From positions 1,280,001 to 1,344,000 of the forward strand of contig CAVPPB010000003.1 in the NCBI GenBank assembly GCA_963707215.1: DNA of 64,000 bases, read 5' to 3'. Within the stretch, counting starts at the first letter, position 1. Every line of letters starts with the position of its first letter. The translations under genes were made by a program, and so were the position numbers. The stretch comes from an uncultured Chloroflexia bacterium (GTDB lineage Bacteria; Chloroflexota; Limnocylindria; Limnocylindrales; CSP1-4). The notes below the pieces were generated by a model. It made no database searches. It was not told the DNA's origin and worked only from the letters and a program-made list of their open reading frames with translations. Positions 30,133 through 40,103 of the stretch are shown here, in pieces.

Positions 30133-31317
30133 CCACGTTCCTCCGTCGTCGCCGTGCCCGCCCCGGACCTCGCGTCCTCGCGCTTGGCCTGGTCCCAGAG
30201 CTCGTCAAGCTGCTCGAAGGATAGGTCGCGCAGGACCACGCCGCGCTCGGCGATCAGTCGCTCGACGATCCGGAAGCGTCTACGGAACTTGTCGTTGGCC
30301 GACCGAAGGGCGGCCTCCGCCTCGATGCCGTGCTTGCGGCCAAGGTTGACCACCACCATCAGCAGGTCGCCGAGCTCCTCGCGTCGATGGTCCGGGCCAT
30401 CGGCACGAGCCAGCTCGTCCAGCTCCTCATCGACCTTGGCAAGGACGCCCTCGATCGTGGGCCAGTCGTAGCCCAGGTTGGCGGCCCGCTCCTGCATCTC
30501 CTGGCTGGCGGCGAGGGCCGGCATGGAGGAGCTGATCCCGTCCAGGGCGCTCTTCAGCGGCACGTCGGTGCCGGCCTCGTCGGCCGCGGCCGCCCGCTCG
30601 GCGGCCTTGATCCGCTCCCACTGGCGGTTGACGTCACCCGCGGTCCGGGCCTCGGCGTCGCCGAAGACGTGGGGATGGCGGCGGACGATCTTGCGGGTCA
30701 GGGCGTCGTGGACGTCGGCCAGGTCGAAGACGCCGGCCTCGGCGGCAAGCTGGCTGTGGAGGATCACCTGGAGGAGCAGGTCGCCGAGCTCCTCGGCCAG
30801 CTCCGGCGTGGCCCCGGCCTCCAGGGCGTCGTAGACCTCGTAGGCCTCCTCGAGGAGATGGTTGCGGAGCGACTCGTGGGTCTGCTCGCGGTCCCAGGGG
30901 CAGCCGTCGGGACGGCGGAGCCGCTCGGAGACCGCCGGCATCCCCCACGGTGAGGCGAAGGCCTCGGTCGGGGCGACCGGCGCGAGATACAGGGGACCCA
31001 GGAGGTCCTCGGGTGTGAGCGCTCCCACCGTGGCGACCTCGGCGACACCGAAGCGCCCGACCGGGTGATCCGCCGGATAGAGCCGCCCGAGGGCCCCTTC
31101 GGGCGTGCGCCCTCGTGGTCCCCGGCGACCCGGCGGCGCCTCGATCGATCCCCGCGATCCGCAGGGGCCGATCCAGGACGACCAGCGGCACGAGGATGCA
31201 CGGGCGGGACGGCTCGATGGGATAGGCGACGAGCCGCTCGGTCGGCACGACCTGGAGCCCGTCGTTGACGTCAAGGCCCCAGCGGAGCCGTGCTTCTGCG
31301 AGGAGGGCGTCCAGCAC
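30129..31317 (-). CDS. mazG: MazG NTP pyrophosphohydrolase with a degenerate YabN-like N-terminus; probable frameshift at about 31140-31175
   Basis: [22 protein letters not shown] (twice), RRHPHVFG; the N-terminus ([11 protein letters not shown]) lies in another frame starting at 31317. Confidence 0.85.
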
Positions 31318-31328
31318 CGGCAGCCCGC

Positions 31329-33059
31329 CTAGGGGGTCGGCAGGTCCGTGGCCCGCTCGATCGTGGCTGCCGACTTCTCCTCCGAGTACCAGTTGCTGAA
31401 GGCGGTCTCGCGGAGCGTGACCGCCTGCTCGCCCTCGGGCAGCCGCTCCTCCTCCTCCCAGACCTTGAAAAGGTAGAAGCCGTCACCGGGCAGCTCGACC
31501 GTGTCAGAGGCCTCGCCGACGGGCGTCGCGAACACGACGTCCTCCAGGGTCTGGTCGAGCTGGGTCCGGGCGATCCAGCCGAGCTCACCGCCATCCGCGG
31601 CCTCGGGGCCCTCGGACATCTCGCGGGCGATCGTGGCGAAGTCCTCGCCGGCGAGATCCCGGCGCTTGGCCTCCTCGATCCGGCTGGTCGAATCCGGACG
31701 ACGGTCCTCGTAGAGGATCACGTGCCAGCCGAACTGCGTCTTGACCGGCTCGAGCAGATCACCGGCCTCGAGGCCGTCGGCGAAGATGGCATCGCCGAAG
31801 GCGCGGTCGACCTGGTCGCGGGTGAAATAGGGCAGGTCGCCGCCGCTCGTCTCGGCACCCGGCTCGTCGCTTTGCTCGCGGGCCAGCTCGGCGAAGCGAT
31901 CGGCCATCTCATCGGTCCCGACGAGGGGCTTCAGCTCGTCATAGGCGGCCCGGGCGGACTCCTCGGCCTCGATCCAGGCCGGATCGTCCTCGGGAAGCTC
32001 GCCGATGAGGTTCGGGTCGGGATCGTCGTTCGGCGAGAAGAGGATGTGGGAGGTCTTCACCTCGTCGCCCGCACCCTGCGGAGCGCGCACGTAGATCTCG
32101 CTGACGCGGCGCTGGAGGCTGGGGGTCTCGACGACCTCGGCAACGACCATCGCCTCCATCTTGTCCCGCCGGACGTCGGCCTCCACGGCCCGCCGGTAGT
32201 CTGCGAGGGCGATGCCGGCGTCGACGATCTTCTGCTGGTGCTGCGGGTCGACCTCCTCGGCCACGATCTCGCTGACCCGCCCGATGCGGAAGACCCCATC
32301 CTCGCCATCGATGACGTCGGTCGGGACATCGACTTCGGCGGCGAAGATCGCCTCGATGAAGGCCGGGTCCAGGGAGCTCTCCTCGCGGACCCAGCGGAGG
32401 TCGCCGGCCTGGCTGGCCGACGGGGCCGTGGAGACCTCCTTGGCCACCTCGTCCCAGGCCGCTCCGCCGCGGAGATCGTCGAGCGCCGCCTCGGCGGCAT
32501 CCCGGGCCGTCGTGATCTGCTCGGCCGTCGGCTCGCTGGCGCCCTCGTCGACCTCGGGCTCCACCTCGATGACCCAGGCATGCCGCTGCTCCGGGTCCGT
32601 CGCTTCGACGAGGAGCTGGGCATCGATGTCGGCGTCGCTCACCACGACACCCTCGCGCTCGCCGAGCTGGCGCTGGAACTCGACGTCGATCAGACGCTCC
32701 TGGACGAGGCTCGGGAGCGCCTGGCGCTGCTGCTGCACCAGCCCGATGCCGCTGTCCCGTTCGGCCTCGGTGATCCGGCCCGCCTGGTACTCGTCACGCA
32801 GGCGGGATTCGGCCTGGTCGAGTCGCCACGACTCGATGTCGTAGCGGATCCGGTACTCGTCGCGACTGATCCCGACGCCGTTGACCGTCGCGACGGTCCC
32901 GAAGCGGTCGGCGACCACGTTGCCGGCCACCGCGACGAGGAGGATGCCGAGGGCGGCCACGATGACGAGGGTGAAGCCGATGTTGAGGTAGAGCGACCGA
33001 CGGCCGCGCTCGTCGCGGCTCGGTCCGCGGCCCTTGGCGGGCCTGGCGCGGAAGGTCAT
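31329..33059 (-). CDS. Membrane-anchored parvulin-type peptidylprolyl isomerase (PrsA/SurA-like, multiple rotamase domains)
   Basis: N-terminal TM, VATVNG, SHILF, GGDL, KTQFGWHVI and GGELGW motifs. Confidence 0.88.
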   Translation of the reverse strand: MTFRARPAKGRGPSRDERGRRSLYLNIGFTLVIVAALGILLVAVAGNVVADRFGTVATVNGVGISRDEYRIRYDIESWRLDQAESRLRDEYQAGRITEAERDSGIGLVQQQRQALPSLVQERLIDVEFQRQLGEREGVVVSDADIDAQLLVEATDPEQRHAWVIEVEPEVDEGASEPTAEQITTARDAAEAALDDLRGGAAWDEVAKEVSTAPSASQAGDLRWVREESSLDPAFIEAIFAAEVDVPTDVIDGEDGVFRIGRVSEIVAEEVDPQHQQKIVDAGIALADYRRAVEADVRRDKMEAMVVAEVVETPSLQRRVSEIYVRAPQGAGDEVKTSHILFSPNDDPDPNLIGELPEDDPAWIEAEESARAAYDELKPLVGTDEMADRFAELAREQSDEPGAETSGGDLPYFTRDQVDRAFGDAIFADGLEAGDLLEPVKTQFGWHVILYEDRRPDSTSRIEEAKRRDLAGEDFATIAREMSEGPEAADGGELGWIARTQLDQTLEDVVFATPVGEASDTVELPGDGFYLFKVWEEEERLPEGEQAVTLRETAFSNWYSEEKSAATIERATDLPTP

Positions 33060-33167
33060 GGGAAGGCTGGACTCCGATGGATGGGGCGATGCGGCCGGCT
33101 GAGGGTGGCCGAGCCCGCGACATGCTACCGCATCGCCCGCCCGCGGCCCCGCCTGAGAGTCCGGCCC

Positions 33168-34475
33168 TCAGGCGGACGGGACTCCCCAGCCGGCCCCGAG
33201 TCGGAGGACCTGGTCGTCGCGCCGGACCCGTCCACGAGAGCTGTCGACGGTGTCGACGACGAGGCGGGCCCGGTCGTAGACGCCCTCCCAGTCGATCGCC
33301 CGATGCGGCGTCACGACGACGACGACGTCCGACTCGGCGAGCAGCTCGTCGAGGTCGCGGCTCTCGAACCTGGTCCCTGCAGCGTCCCGGAACACGGGGA
33401 CGTGGGGGTCGTGGTACTCGACCGTCGCTCCGAGGTCCCGCAGCCCGGCGATGATGTCGGCCGCGGGCGAGTTGCGCGGATCCCGTACGTCGCGCTTGAA
33501 GGCGACCCCCAGGACCCCGATCCGGGCCCCCCGGACTGCGCGGCCGTGGCGGTTCAGGGCGGTCCCGACGAGGGCGACGACATGCCGCGGCATGGCCAGG
33601 TTGATATCTCCGGCCAGCTCGACGAAGCGATCGACGAAATCGAACTCTCGGGCCCGCCAGGACAGGTAGTAGGGATCGACCGGGATGCAGTGCCCTCCGA
33701 CCCCCGGGCCGGGGGTGAAGCGCATGAACCCGAAGGGCTTGGTGGCCGCCGCGTCGACGATCTCCCAGACGTCGAGGTCCATCCGCTCGCAGAGCAGGGC
33801 CAGCTCGTTGACGAGCGCGATGTTGACGTTGCGGAAGACGTTCTCGAGGAGCTTCGCGAGCTCGGCGGCGTCGGGCGATGAGAGCTCCAGGACCCGGTCG
33901 TTGATCCGCCGGAGGAGCGCGGCCGCCCGAGCTGTCGCGGCGGGGGTCAGGCCGCCGACCAGGCGGGGCACGTCCCGCATCGCGGACTCGGGGTCGCCCG
34001 GGTTGACGCGCTCCGGCGCGAAGGCCAGGTCGAAGTCCGTGCCGGCCGCGAGCCCCGACGCCTCCAGGGCCGCCCGGAGCGGGCCGGTCGTCGTCCCCGG
34101 GAACGTCGTCGACTGGAGAACGACCAGCTGACCCGGGCGAAGCTCGGAGCGGATCCGGGCGGCCGCGTCGAGCACCGGGCCGAGGTCGGGGTCCTTGGCG
34201 TCGTTGATGGGGGTCGGGACGCAGATGAAGATGGCATCGGGCCGGGCCAGGTCCGCCTCGTCGGTCGTCGACACCGCGAGCCCGGCCCCGAGGGCGCTCC
34301 GGAGCCGCTCGCTGGTCACGTCGTCGATCGGCGACCGGCCGGCCGCCAGCTCGGCCACCCGTTCCGCGCTGGCGTCGACGCCGACGACGGTGCAGCCCGC
34401 CTCGACGAAGCTCACGGCCAGCGGCAGCCCGACGTAGCCGAGCCCGACGATGGCGATCTCCTGGTCCCGTGTCAC
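33168..34475 (-). CDS. Nucleotide-sugar 6-dehydrogenase (WbpA/WecC-like)
   Basis: GLGYVGLP, PERVNPG, KLLENVFRNVNIA and GVGGHCIPVDP motifs. Confidence 0.92.
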   Translation of the reverse strand: MTRDQEIAIVGLGYVGLPLAVSFVEAGCTVVGVDASAERVAELAAGRSPIDDVTSERLRSALGAGLAVSTTDEADLARPDAIFICVPTPINDAKDPDLGPVLDAAARIRSELRPGQLVVLQSTTFPGTTTGPLRAALEASGLAAGTDFDLAFAPERVNPGDPESAMRDVPRLVGGLTPAATARAAALLRRINDRVLELSSPDAAELAKLLENVFRNVNIALVNELALLCERMDLDVWEIVDAAATKPFGFMRFTPGPGVGGHCIPVDPYYLSWRAREFDFVDRFVELAGDINLAMPRHVVALVGTALNRHGRAVRGARIGVLGVAFKRDVRDPRNSPAADIIAGLRDLGATVEYHDPHVPVFRDAAGTRFESRDLDELLAESDVVVVVTPHRAIDWEGVYDRARLVVDTVDSSRGRVRRDDQVLRLGAGWGVPSA

Positions 34476-35731
34476 CGGTGCGCTCCCTCTCGGTCCCCGG
34501 GACCCGTGCCCGGCCCCGCGGAGGATAGCCCGTCCGCCGCGAGTCGCTCGACGAGGGCGAGGTATCGCTGGGACTCCCGCTCCCAGGCGAGCTCCGCGAC
34601 CAGGGCCTGCGTCCGGGCCACCCGGGCCTCCCTGTCCGCGACGTCGTCGGTCAGGGCGAGGATCGCCTCGGCGAGGTCGTCGGGGTCCCCAGGCCGATAG
34701 GTCCTGATCGTCCCGGGACCGAAGACGCGCTCGACCATCGGCAGGGCGGTCGCGACCACCGGCTTGCCCATCGCGGCGTACTCGAAGAGCTTCGTCGAGA
34801 GGCTGAAGTCCGTGAAGCCGTTCCGACGAGTCGGCGCCAGCCCGATGTCGGCCGCAGCGATCGCCGCTGGCACGGCCTCGATAGGGACCCGCCCGTGGAA
34901 GACCACACGATCGGCGACGCCGAGAGCCCTGGCGGCGCCGGCGAGGTCGGCCTCGCCGTAGTCGCGGCCGTACAGTTCGAGTGTCGGGTCCAGCTCCGGC
35001 CGGGCTGCGACGACGGCGGCGACGGCGGCGATCGCCACGTCGAGCTCGTAGATCGGCGACAGGGCGCCGGCGTACACGAGCCGGAGCCGGCCATCGGCCA
35101 TGAAGGAGCGGCTCGCCGCGATGCCGGGGTCGAAGCGGGACAAGGCCGGGCTGTTCCGGACGACGGTGACCTTCGATGGCGGCGCGCCGAGGACCACGAG
35201 CCGGTCGGCGAGGGCCTCGTTCACGGTCAGCACGGCCGAGGCGACCGCGATCGCAGCGCGTTCCTGGGCGACCAGCAGGGCATGGGCGAGCGGGTTGGAG
35301 GCCCGCGGGAAGCGGATGCGAAAGAACTCCGGCATCGCCTCGTGGAGGTCCAGGACGAGCGGGACGCCGGCAAGGCGGACGGGCAGCGCAGCGAAGGCGA
35401 GGTAGTCGGGCAGCGAGTGGACCTGGACGAGCGCGTAGCGGTGACGACGATGGGCCCGCGCGAGCGCCCAGCCCGCCCGCAGGAAGAAGTCCCCGTACTC
35501 GGTCAGGTAGCGGGGCAGACCGGCGCCCTGGTGTCGCTGGACGTCGAGGCGGATGACGCGGACGCCGTCGAGCCGGTCGACGGCCGGGTCGCCCGGACGA
35601 CGCAGGGCGAAGACGTCGACCGGCCGGCCGGCGGCGACGAGCGCCTCGGCCTCGCGGCGGACCCGGGGATCCTCCTCGTAGTACGAGTGGGCGAGCATGG
35701 CGACGGGCCGTCGCCGGCGGTCCTCGGCCAC
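34472..35731 (-). CDS. Glycosyltransferase family 4
   Basis: DPRVRREAEAL and STKLFEYAAMGKPVV motifs. Confidence 0.88.
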   Translation of the reverse strand: MAEDRRRRPVAMLAHSYYEEDPRVRREAEALVAAGRPVDVFALRRPGDPAVDRLDGVRVIRLDVQRHQGAGLPRYLTEYGDFFLRAGWALARAHRRHRYALVQVHSLPDYLAFAALPVRLAGVPLVLDLHEAMPEFFRIRFPRASNPLAHALLVAQERAAIAVASAVLTVNEALADRLVVLGAPPSKVTVVRNSPALSRFDPGIAASRSFMADGRLRLVYAGALSPIYELDVAIAAVAAVVAARPELDPTLELYGRDYGEADLAGAARALGVADRVVFHGRVPIEAVPAAIAAADIGLAPTRRNGFTDFSLSTKLFEYAAMGKPVVATALPMVERVFGPGTIRTYRPGDPDDLAEAILALTDDVADREARVARTQALVAELAWERESQRYLALVERLAADGLSSAGPGTGPGDREGAHR

Positions 35732-35739
35732 CTCGCTGC

Positions 35740-37041
35740 TCAGCGTCCCCGACCGCGGCCGGCGAGACGCGCCCGGAACCGGCGCAGCGGCCGCTTGACC
35801 GGTTCGGGCAGGAACGTCCGCAGCCGGTCGCCGGGGGTGGGGGCGACCGCTCCGGTCACCGGACCGAGTGACGGCAGTCCGAGCCGGGCACGCAGCTCCT
35901 CCTCGCGGAGCCGGGTCCTGGCAAGCTCGTTCTGGGACCGGGCGAGCTGGGTCTCCAGGCGCTCGATCCGGCGGGCGGGCTCGAGACTGAGCCAGTCGGG
36001 GAACGCGCGGACGGCCACCGGCGGGTGATCGGCCTCGTACGCGGCCACGAGCTGCCTCGCGATGACCGGCGCGTCGTGGATCCCGGCGACGTACGAGCGG
36101 CCACGGGACGCCAGTCCACGACGCAGCTCGCGGTCCGTGAGCAGGGTCGTCATCCGCTCGTCGAACGTGTCCGGATCGAGCGCCCAGACGGGCGCTGCCG
36201 GGAAGGCGTCGAGGGCCTGCGGCCCGACGTTGGCGACGGCGACGCGATTGGCCGCCATCGCCTCGATCGAGACGACCTCGTAGTCGCCGGTCAGGACGTT
36301 GTCGATGACCACGTCGGCATCGGCGATCGCCCGCATCGCCTCGTCGTGCGGGACCCCCTCGAGGAGTCGACGCTCGAAGGGCAGCCCGGCCGCTGCCAGG
36401 CGGTCCAGGCCGGCGAGGATCAGGTCGGTGCCCTTGGTGCCCCGCCTCGAAGGGACGTGGAGGACGACCGGCACGTCGCGCTGGGCGGGCGGTTGCTCCG
36501 GCCACGCCGCGAGATCGATCGCCCTGGGTAGGACCTCGGCCTCCGGGACGAAGTGGCGGTAGTCGACGGAGGTGACGAAAAGCCGATCCGCATAGGTGCG
36601 ACAGACCTCGATGACCTTCTCCGTCCGATCGTCGTCCGCCTCGATGTCGCTGAACCTGTAGTAGCTCCAGGGGTTGACCTGCTCGTGGATCCGGCGGATC
36701 CGGATGTCGGTGCCGTGGAAGGTGAAGAAGACCTTCTTGCCGAGGATGCGGTAGATCGGCAGGTCCCAGAACGGCGGCAGCCCGCCCCACTGGTTCGGGA
36801 ACAGCGTCCGGGCGAAGTGGAAGTGCAGGACATCGAACCGATCGATGGCCTCGAGGAAGGTCCGCCAGAAGACCGTCGGATCGCGGGTCTCCCGATCGAG
36901 TGAGATGGTCCGGTCCACCTCGAAGCCGAACGGGTTCGCGTCGTACTCCCAGACCTCGGCCTCGTGGCCCATGGCCCGCAGGGCCCGGACGACGATCGCC
37001 GGCTGGTCGGCGATGTTCCGGGCGGCGTGGAGGATCCGCAT
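35740..37041 (-). CDS. Glycosyltransferase (GT-B) with a C-terminal coiled coil
   Basis: FTFHGTDIR, HVPSRRGTKGT and SIEAMAA motifs. Confidence 0.8.
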   Translation of the reverse strand: MRILHAARNIADQPAIVVRALRAMGHEAEVWEYDANPFGFEVDRTISLDRETRDPTVFWRTFLEAIDRFDVLHFHFARTLFPNQWGGLPPFWDLPIYRILGKKVFFTFHGTDIRIRRIHEQVNPWSYYRFSDIEADDDRTEKVIEVCRTYADRLFVTSVDYRHFVPEAEVLPRAIDLAAWPEQPPAQRDVPVVLHVPSRRGTKGTDLILAGLDRLAAAGLPFERRLLEGVPHDEAMRAIADADVVIDNVLTGDYEVVSIEAMAANRVAVANVGPQALDAFPAAPVWALDPDTFDERMTTLLTDRELRRGLASRGRSYVAGIHDAPVIARQLVAAYEADHPPVAVRAFPDWLSLEPARRIERLETQLARSQNELARTRLREEELRARLGLPSLGPVTGAVAPTPGDRLRTFLPEPVKRPLRRFRARLAGRGRGR

Positions 37042-37044
37042 CGT

Positions 37045-38367
37045 TCAGGCTCCCGCTTCCGTCCGACCGCCGCTCCCGATCCGGGTCGCCGTGGCGGCCT
37101 CGAGGTAGGGCGCGATGGCGGCCTGGACCGCCGAGTAGGTGAAGGCGCGACCGGCCGCGAACGTCCGCTCCGCGGCCGCCTTGTACAGGCCCGGGTCGGT
37201 GAGGGCCCGGCGGATGATCGGGCTCGCCTCGTCGAGATCGTCCACGAAGAGCGGGTAGTCCGTCCCCAGAACCTCCTCCTGGGTCGAGGTCCGGGTGAGG
37301 ACGACGGGCAGCCCGACAGCGGCGTAGTCGAGGAGCTTCGTGGAGACGACCAGGTCGTTCATGTGCGATCCGTGGCGATAGTCCCAGAGCGACAGGGCGA
37401 CGCCGCCATGGCCCAGCAGGCGAGCCGTGGCCTCCCGGCTGAGGCCGCCGTGCCAGACGACCCCCGGCGTCGTCCGCAGCCGACGCTCCAGGTCCGGCGC
37501 GTAGGTCGGATCCTCCGGCAGGCGGACGATCTTGTCGCCCGCGACATGGAGCTCCAGGTCGGGCAGCCCCTCGGCTCGGAGCGCCGTCGTCGTATCGATC
37601 ATCCGGTCGACCGGGTAGAAGGGATGGAACTTTCCGGTGTAGAGCAGCCGACGGACGGGCATCGAAGGGTCCGCCCGGGCCGGCGGCTCGTCAGGGATCG
37701 CCGGCGGCAGCAGGATGGTCCGGCCGTGGGCCTCGGGGACGATGGATCCCAGCAGGTCCCGCATCGCCGCTGACTGGACCACGACGTGCCGGGAGAAGCT
37801 CGCGATCCGGGCCATGTCCGCGCGATACGCGGGATCGTCCTGGTCGCGCTCCGGCTCCAGGACGTAGGCGCTCCAGATCCGGTCCCGCAGCGACTCGCGC
37901 TCCGTGGCCCGGAGGCAGAGCTGGAAGGAGCGCAGGATGACGGCGTCGAACGGGCGGTCGCGGTCGAGGCGCTCGATGAGATCGAGGGCCTGGGTGGTCG
38001 TCAGCCCCAGGTTCCGGGCGGCCAGGCGCGGATGGATGTCGACGACGTCGACCCGGTCCATCGCGGCAAGCGGCCCGCTGACGATGGCGCGCCGTTGTGG
38101 CGCGCGAAGCGGGACCGTGACCTGGACCCGAGGGCCGGCGAGGAGCGTCTCGACGACGCTCTGGACCCAGATCGTCGAGCCGTCCACCTGGTTCAGGTTG
38201 GCCGGCGAGTAGAGAAGGACGCGAATGGTCTCGGCCGGCAGGTCGGGCAGGGGTCGGAGGCGGGGCCGGCTGAGCTTTCGCAGGGCCGCGTCGAAGCCGC
38301 TGACGGTGCGGATGCGGCGGGCGACGTGGGCCGCGCCGGCACGAGAAGCCTCGACCCCGGGTGACAT
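37045..38367 (-). CDS. Glycosyltransferase (GT4-like)
   Basis: NLNQVDGSTIW, LYTGKF and STKLLDYAAVGLPV motifs. Confidence 0.8.
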   Translation of the reverse strand: MSPGVEASRAGAAHVARRIRTVSGFDAALRKLSRPRLRPLPDLPAETIRVLLYSPANLNQVDGSTIWVQSVVETLLAGPRVQVTVPLRAPQRRAIVSGPLAAMDRVDVVDIHPRLAARNLGLTTTQALDLIERLDRDRPFDAVILRSFQLCLRATERESLRDRIWSAYVLEPERDQDDPAYRADMARIASFSRHVVVQSAAMRDLLGSIVPEAHGRTILLPPAIPDEPPARADPSMPVRRLLYTGKFHPFYPVDRMIDTTTALRAEGLPDLELHVAGDKIVRLPEDPTYAPDLERRLRTTPGVVWHGGLSREATARLLGHGGVALSLWDYRHGSHMNDLVVSTKLLDYAAVGLPVVLTRTSTQEEVLGTDYPLFVDDLDEASPIIRRALTDPGLYKAAAERTFAAGRAFTYSAVQAAIAPYLEAATATRIGSGGRTEAGA

Positions 38368-38430
38368 CCGGGCCATTCTAGCGGCCACCCGAGGCGGGGC
38401 CGGGCGACCGTCTGCTACGCTCCGCCGCGC

Positions 38431-39279
38431 ATGTCCAGCCACTCGCAGGTCCGAACCTACCGGGCCGCCGAGCATCCCAACCCGTTCCAGCTCATCGCCC
38501 AGGGCTTCCGCGAGATCTGGTCGCGGCGCCGCCTGACGCGCTACCTGGTCCAGGCCGACCTCCACCGCCACGGCGCCGACACCATCCTCGGCAACATCTG
38601 GTGGGTGCTCGACCCGCTGCTCCAGATGATCGTCTACGTGATCCTCGTGTCGGTCATCTTCCAGCGCGCCACGGAGGATTACGCGCTCTTCGTCTTCGCG
38701 GCGATCCTGCCCTGGAAGTGGTTCTCGGCCAGCGTCAACGATTCGATCACCTCGGTCACGTCGCGCGAGCGGATCATCAAGCAGGTCAGCTTCCCCAAGA
38801 TCGTCCTGCCCGTCGCGGCGACCTCCAGCGGGATCGTCAGCTTCGCCTTCGGGATGATCCCGATGCTCGGGTTGATGCTCCTCTTCTACAGCGACCGGAT
38901 CAGTCTGTTCCTCCTGGTCATCCCGGCGGTCGCGGTCGTCCAGCTGGTCTTCACCCTGGCCATCGCCATCCTCGTCTCGGCCGTGAACGTGTTCTTCCGC
39001 GACGTCGGTAACGTCGCTCGTCACGGCCTGCGGATCTGGTTCTATCTCTCGCCCGGTCTCTACGGCCTCGACGCGCTGACCGGCAACCCGACCCTCCAGT
39101 CGCTGATGCGGTTGAACCCCTGGGCGACCATGTTCGAGTCCTACCGCGCCCTCATCTACTACGGGACCTGGCCGGACTGGGGCGCCCTGGCCATCCTGCT
39201 GGGCCTGTCCGTCCTCGGGCTTGGTGTCGCGATGGTCTTCTTCAAGCGGGTCGAGCCCGCCTTCGCCAAGGTCCTCTGA
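38431..39279 (+). CDS. Polysaccharide ABC exporter permease (Wzm/TagG-like)
   Basis: LGNIWWVLDPL, VFFRDV and WFYLSP...NP motifs. Confidence 0.92.
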   Translation: MSSHSQVRTYRAAEHPNPFQLIAQGFREIWSRRRLTRYLVQADLHRHGADTILGNIWWVLDPLLQMIVYVILVSVIFQRATEDYALFVFAAILPWKWFSASVNDSITSVTSRERIIKQVSFPKIVLPVAATSSGIVSFAFGMIPMLGLMLLFYSDRISLFLLVIPAVAVVQLVFTLAIAILVSAVNVFFRDVGNVARHGLRIWFYLSPGLYGLDALTGNPTLQSLMRLNPWATMFESYRALIYYGTWPDWGALAILLGLSVLGLGVAMVFFKRVEPAFAKVL

Positions 39280-40103
39280 TGAACGCCGCGACCGACGCCG
39301 ACACTGGGCCCGAGCTCGACTACGCGATCGACGTCCGCGGCCTGGGCATCCGCTACAACCTCCGCCTGACCCGCCGCACGACCGTCCGTGAGTCGTTCAA
39401 GAACGCCCTCCGCCGCTCCGAGGGTCCGACCCACTTCTGGGCCCTCCGGGACGTCACCTTCCGGGTCCCCCACGGCGAGACGCTGGCGGTCATCGGCCCG
39501 AACGGCGCGGGCAAGAGCACCCTCCTCCAGGTCCTCGCCGGGATCCTCCGGCCGAACGAGGGGCAGGTCGACGTGGTCGGCCAGGTGTCGAGCCTGCTGA
39601 CCCTCGGGGCGGGCTTCGATCAGGACCTCTCGGGCTTCGACAACATCCTGCTCGCCGGCGCCTTCCTCGGCATCGAGCACGAGGACATGGAGCGACGGCT
39701 CCCGGGCATCGTCGAGTTCGCCGGCCTGGGTCGCTTCATCGACGCCCCGATCAAGACCTACTCCTCGGGGATGCGGGCCCGGCTCGGCTTCTCGATCGCC
39801 ACGGCGGTCGATCCGGACGTGCTCATCATCGACGAGGTCCTGGCGACCGGCGACGCGGTCTTCCGGGAGAAGAGCAAGCACCGGATCATGGAGCTGACCC
39901 AGGCCGCCAAGGGCATCGTCATCGTGACCCACGACATGAGCTGGGTCCGCGAGTTCTGCAACCGGGCGCTGCTCCTCGACAGGGGCGGGATCGTCGCCAC
40001 CGGCGAGCCGGACGAGGTCGCCACGCTGCACGAGGAGCGCTCGGTCCGGGCCAAGGAGGCCCGCGAGGAGGAGCTCCGACGTCAGCTGGGGGCGGTGATC
40101 TAG
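39279..40103 (+). CDS. Polysaccharide ABC exporter ATPase (Wzt/TagH-like, no C-terminal CBM)
   Basis: GPNGAGKST, YSSGMRARLGF and IDEVLATGD motifs. Confidence 0.93.
   Translation: MNAATDADTGPELDYAIDVRGLGIRYNLRLTRRTTVRESFKNALRRSEGPTHFWALRDVTFRVPHGETLAVIGPNGAGKSTLLQVLAGILRPNEGQVDVVGQVSSLLTLGAGFDQDLSGFDNILLAGAFLGIEHEDMERRLPGIVEFAGLGRFIDAPIKTYSSGMRARLGFSIATAVDPDVLIIDEVLATGDAVFREKSKHRIMELTQAAKGIVIVTHDMSWVREFCNRALLLDRGGIVATGEPDEVATLHEERSVRAKEAREEELRRQLGAVI

Noticed and set aside
30129-31317. mazG as an anti-phage or abortive-infection gene
   Set aside because: It is a two-domain housekeeping MazG in a mazG-rph-rdgB core context.
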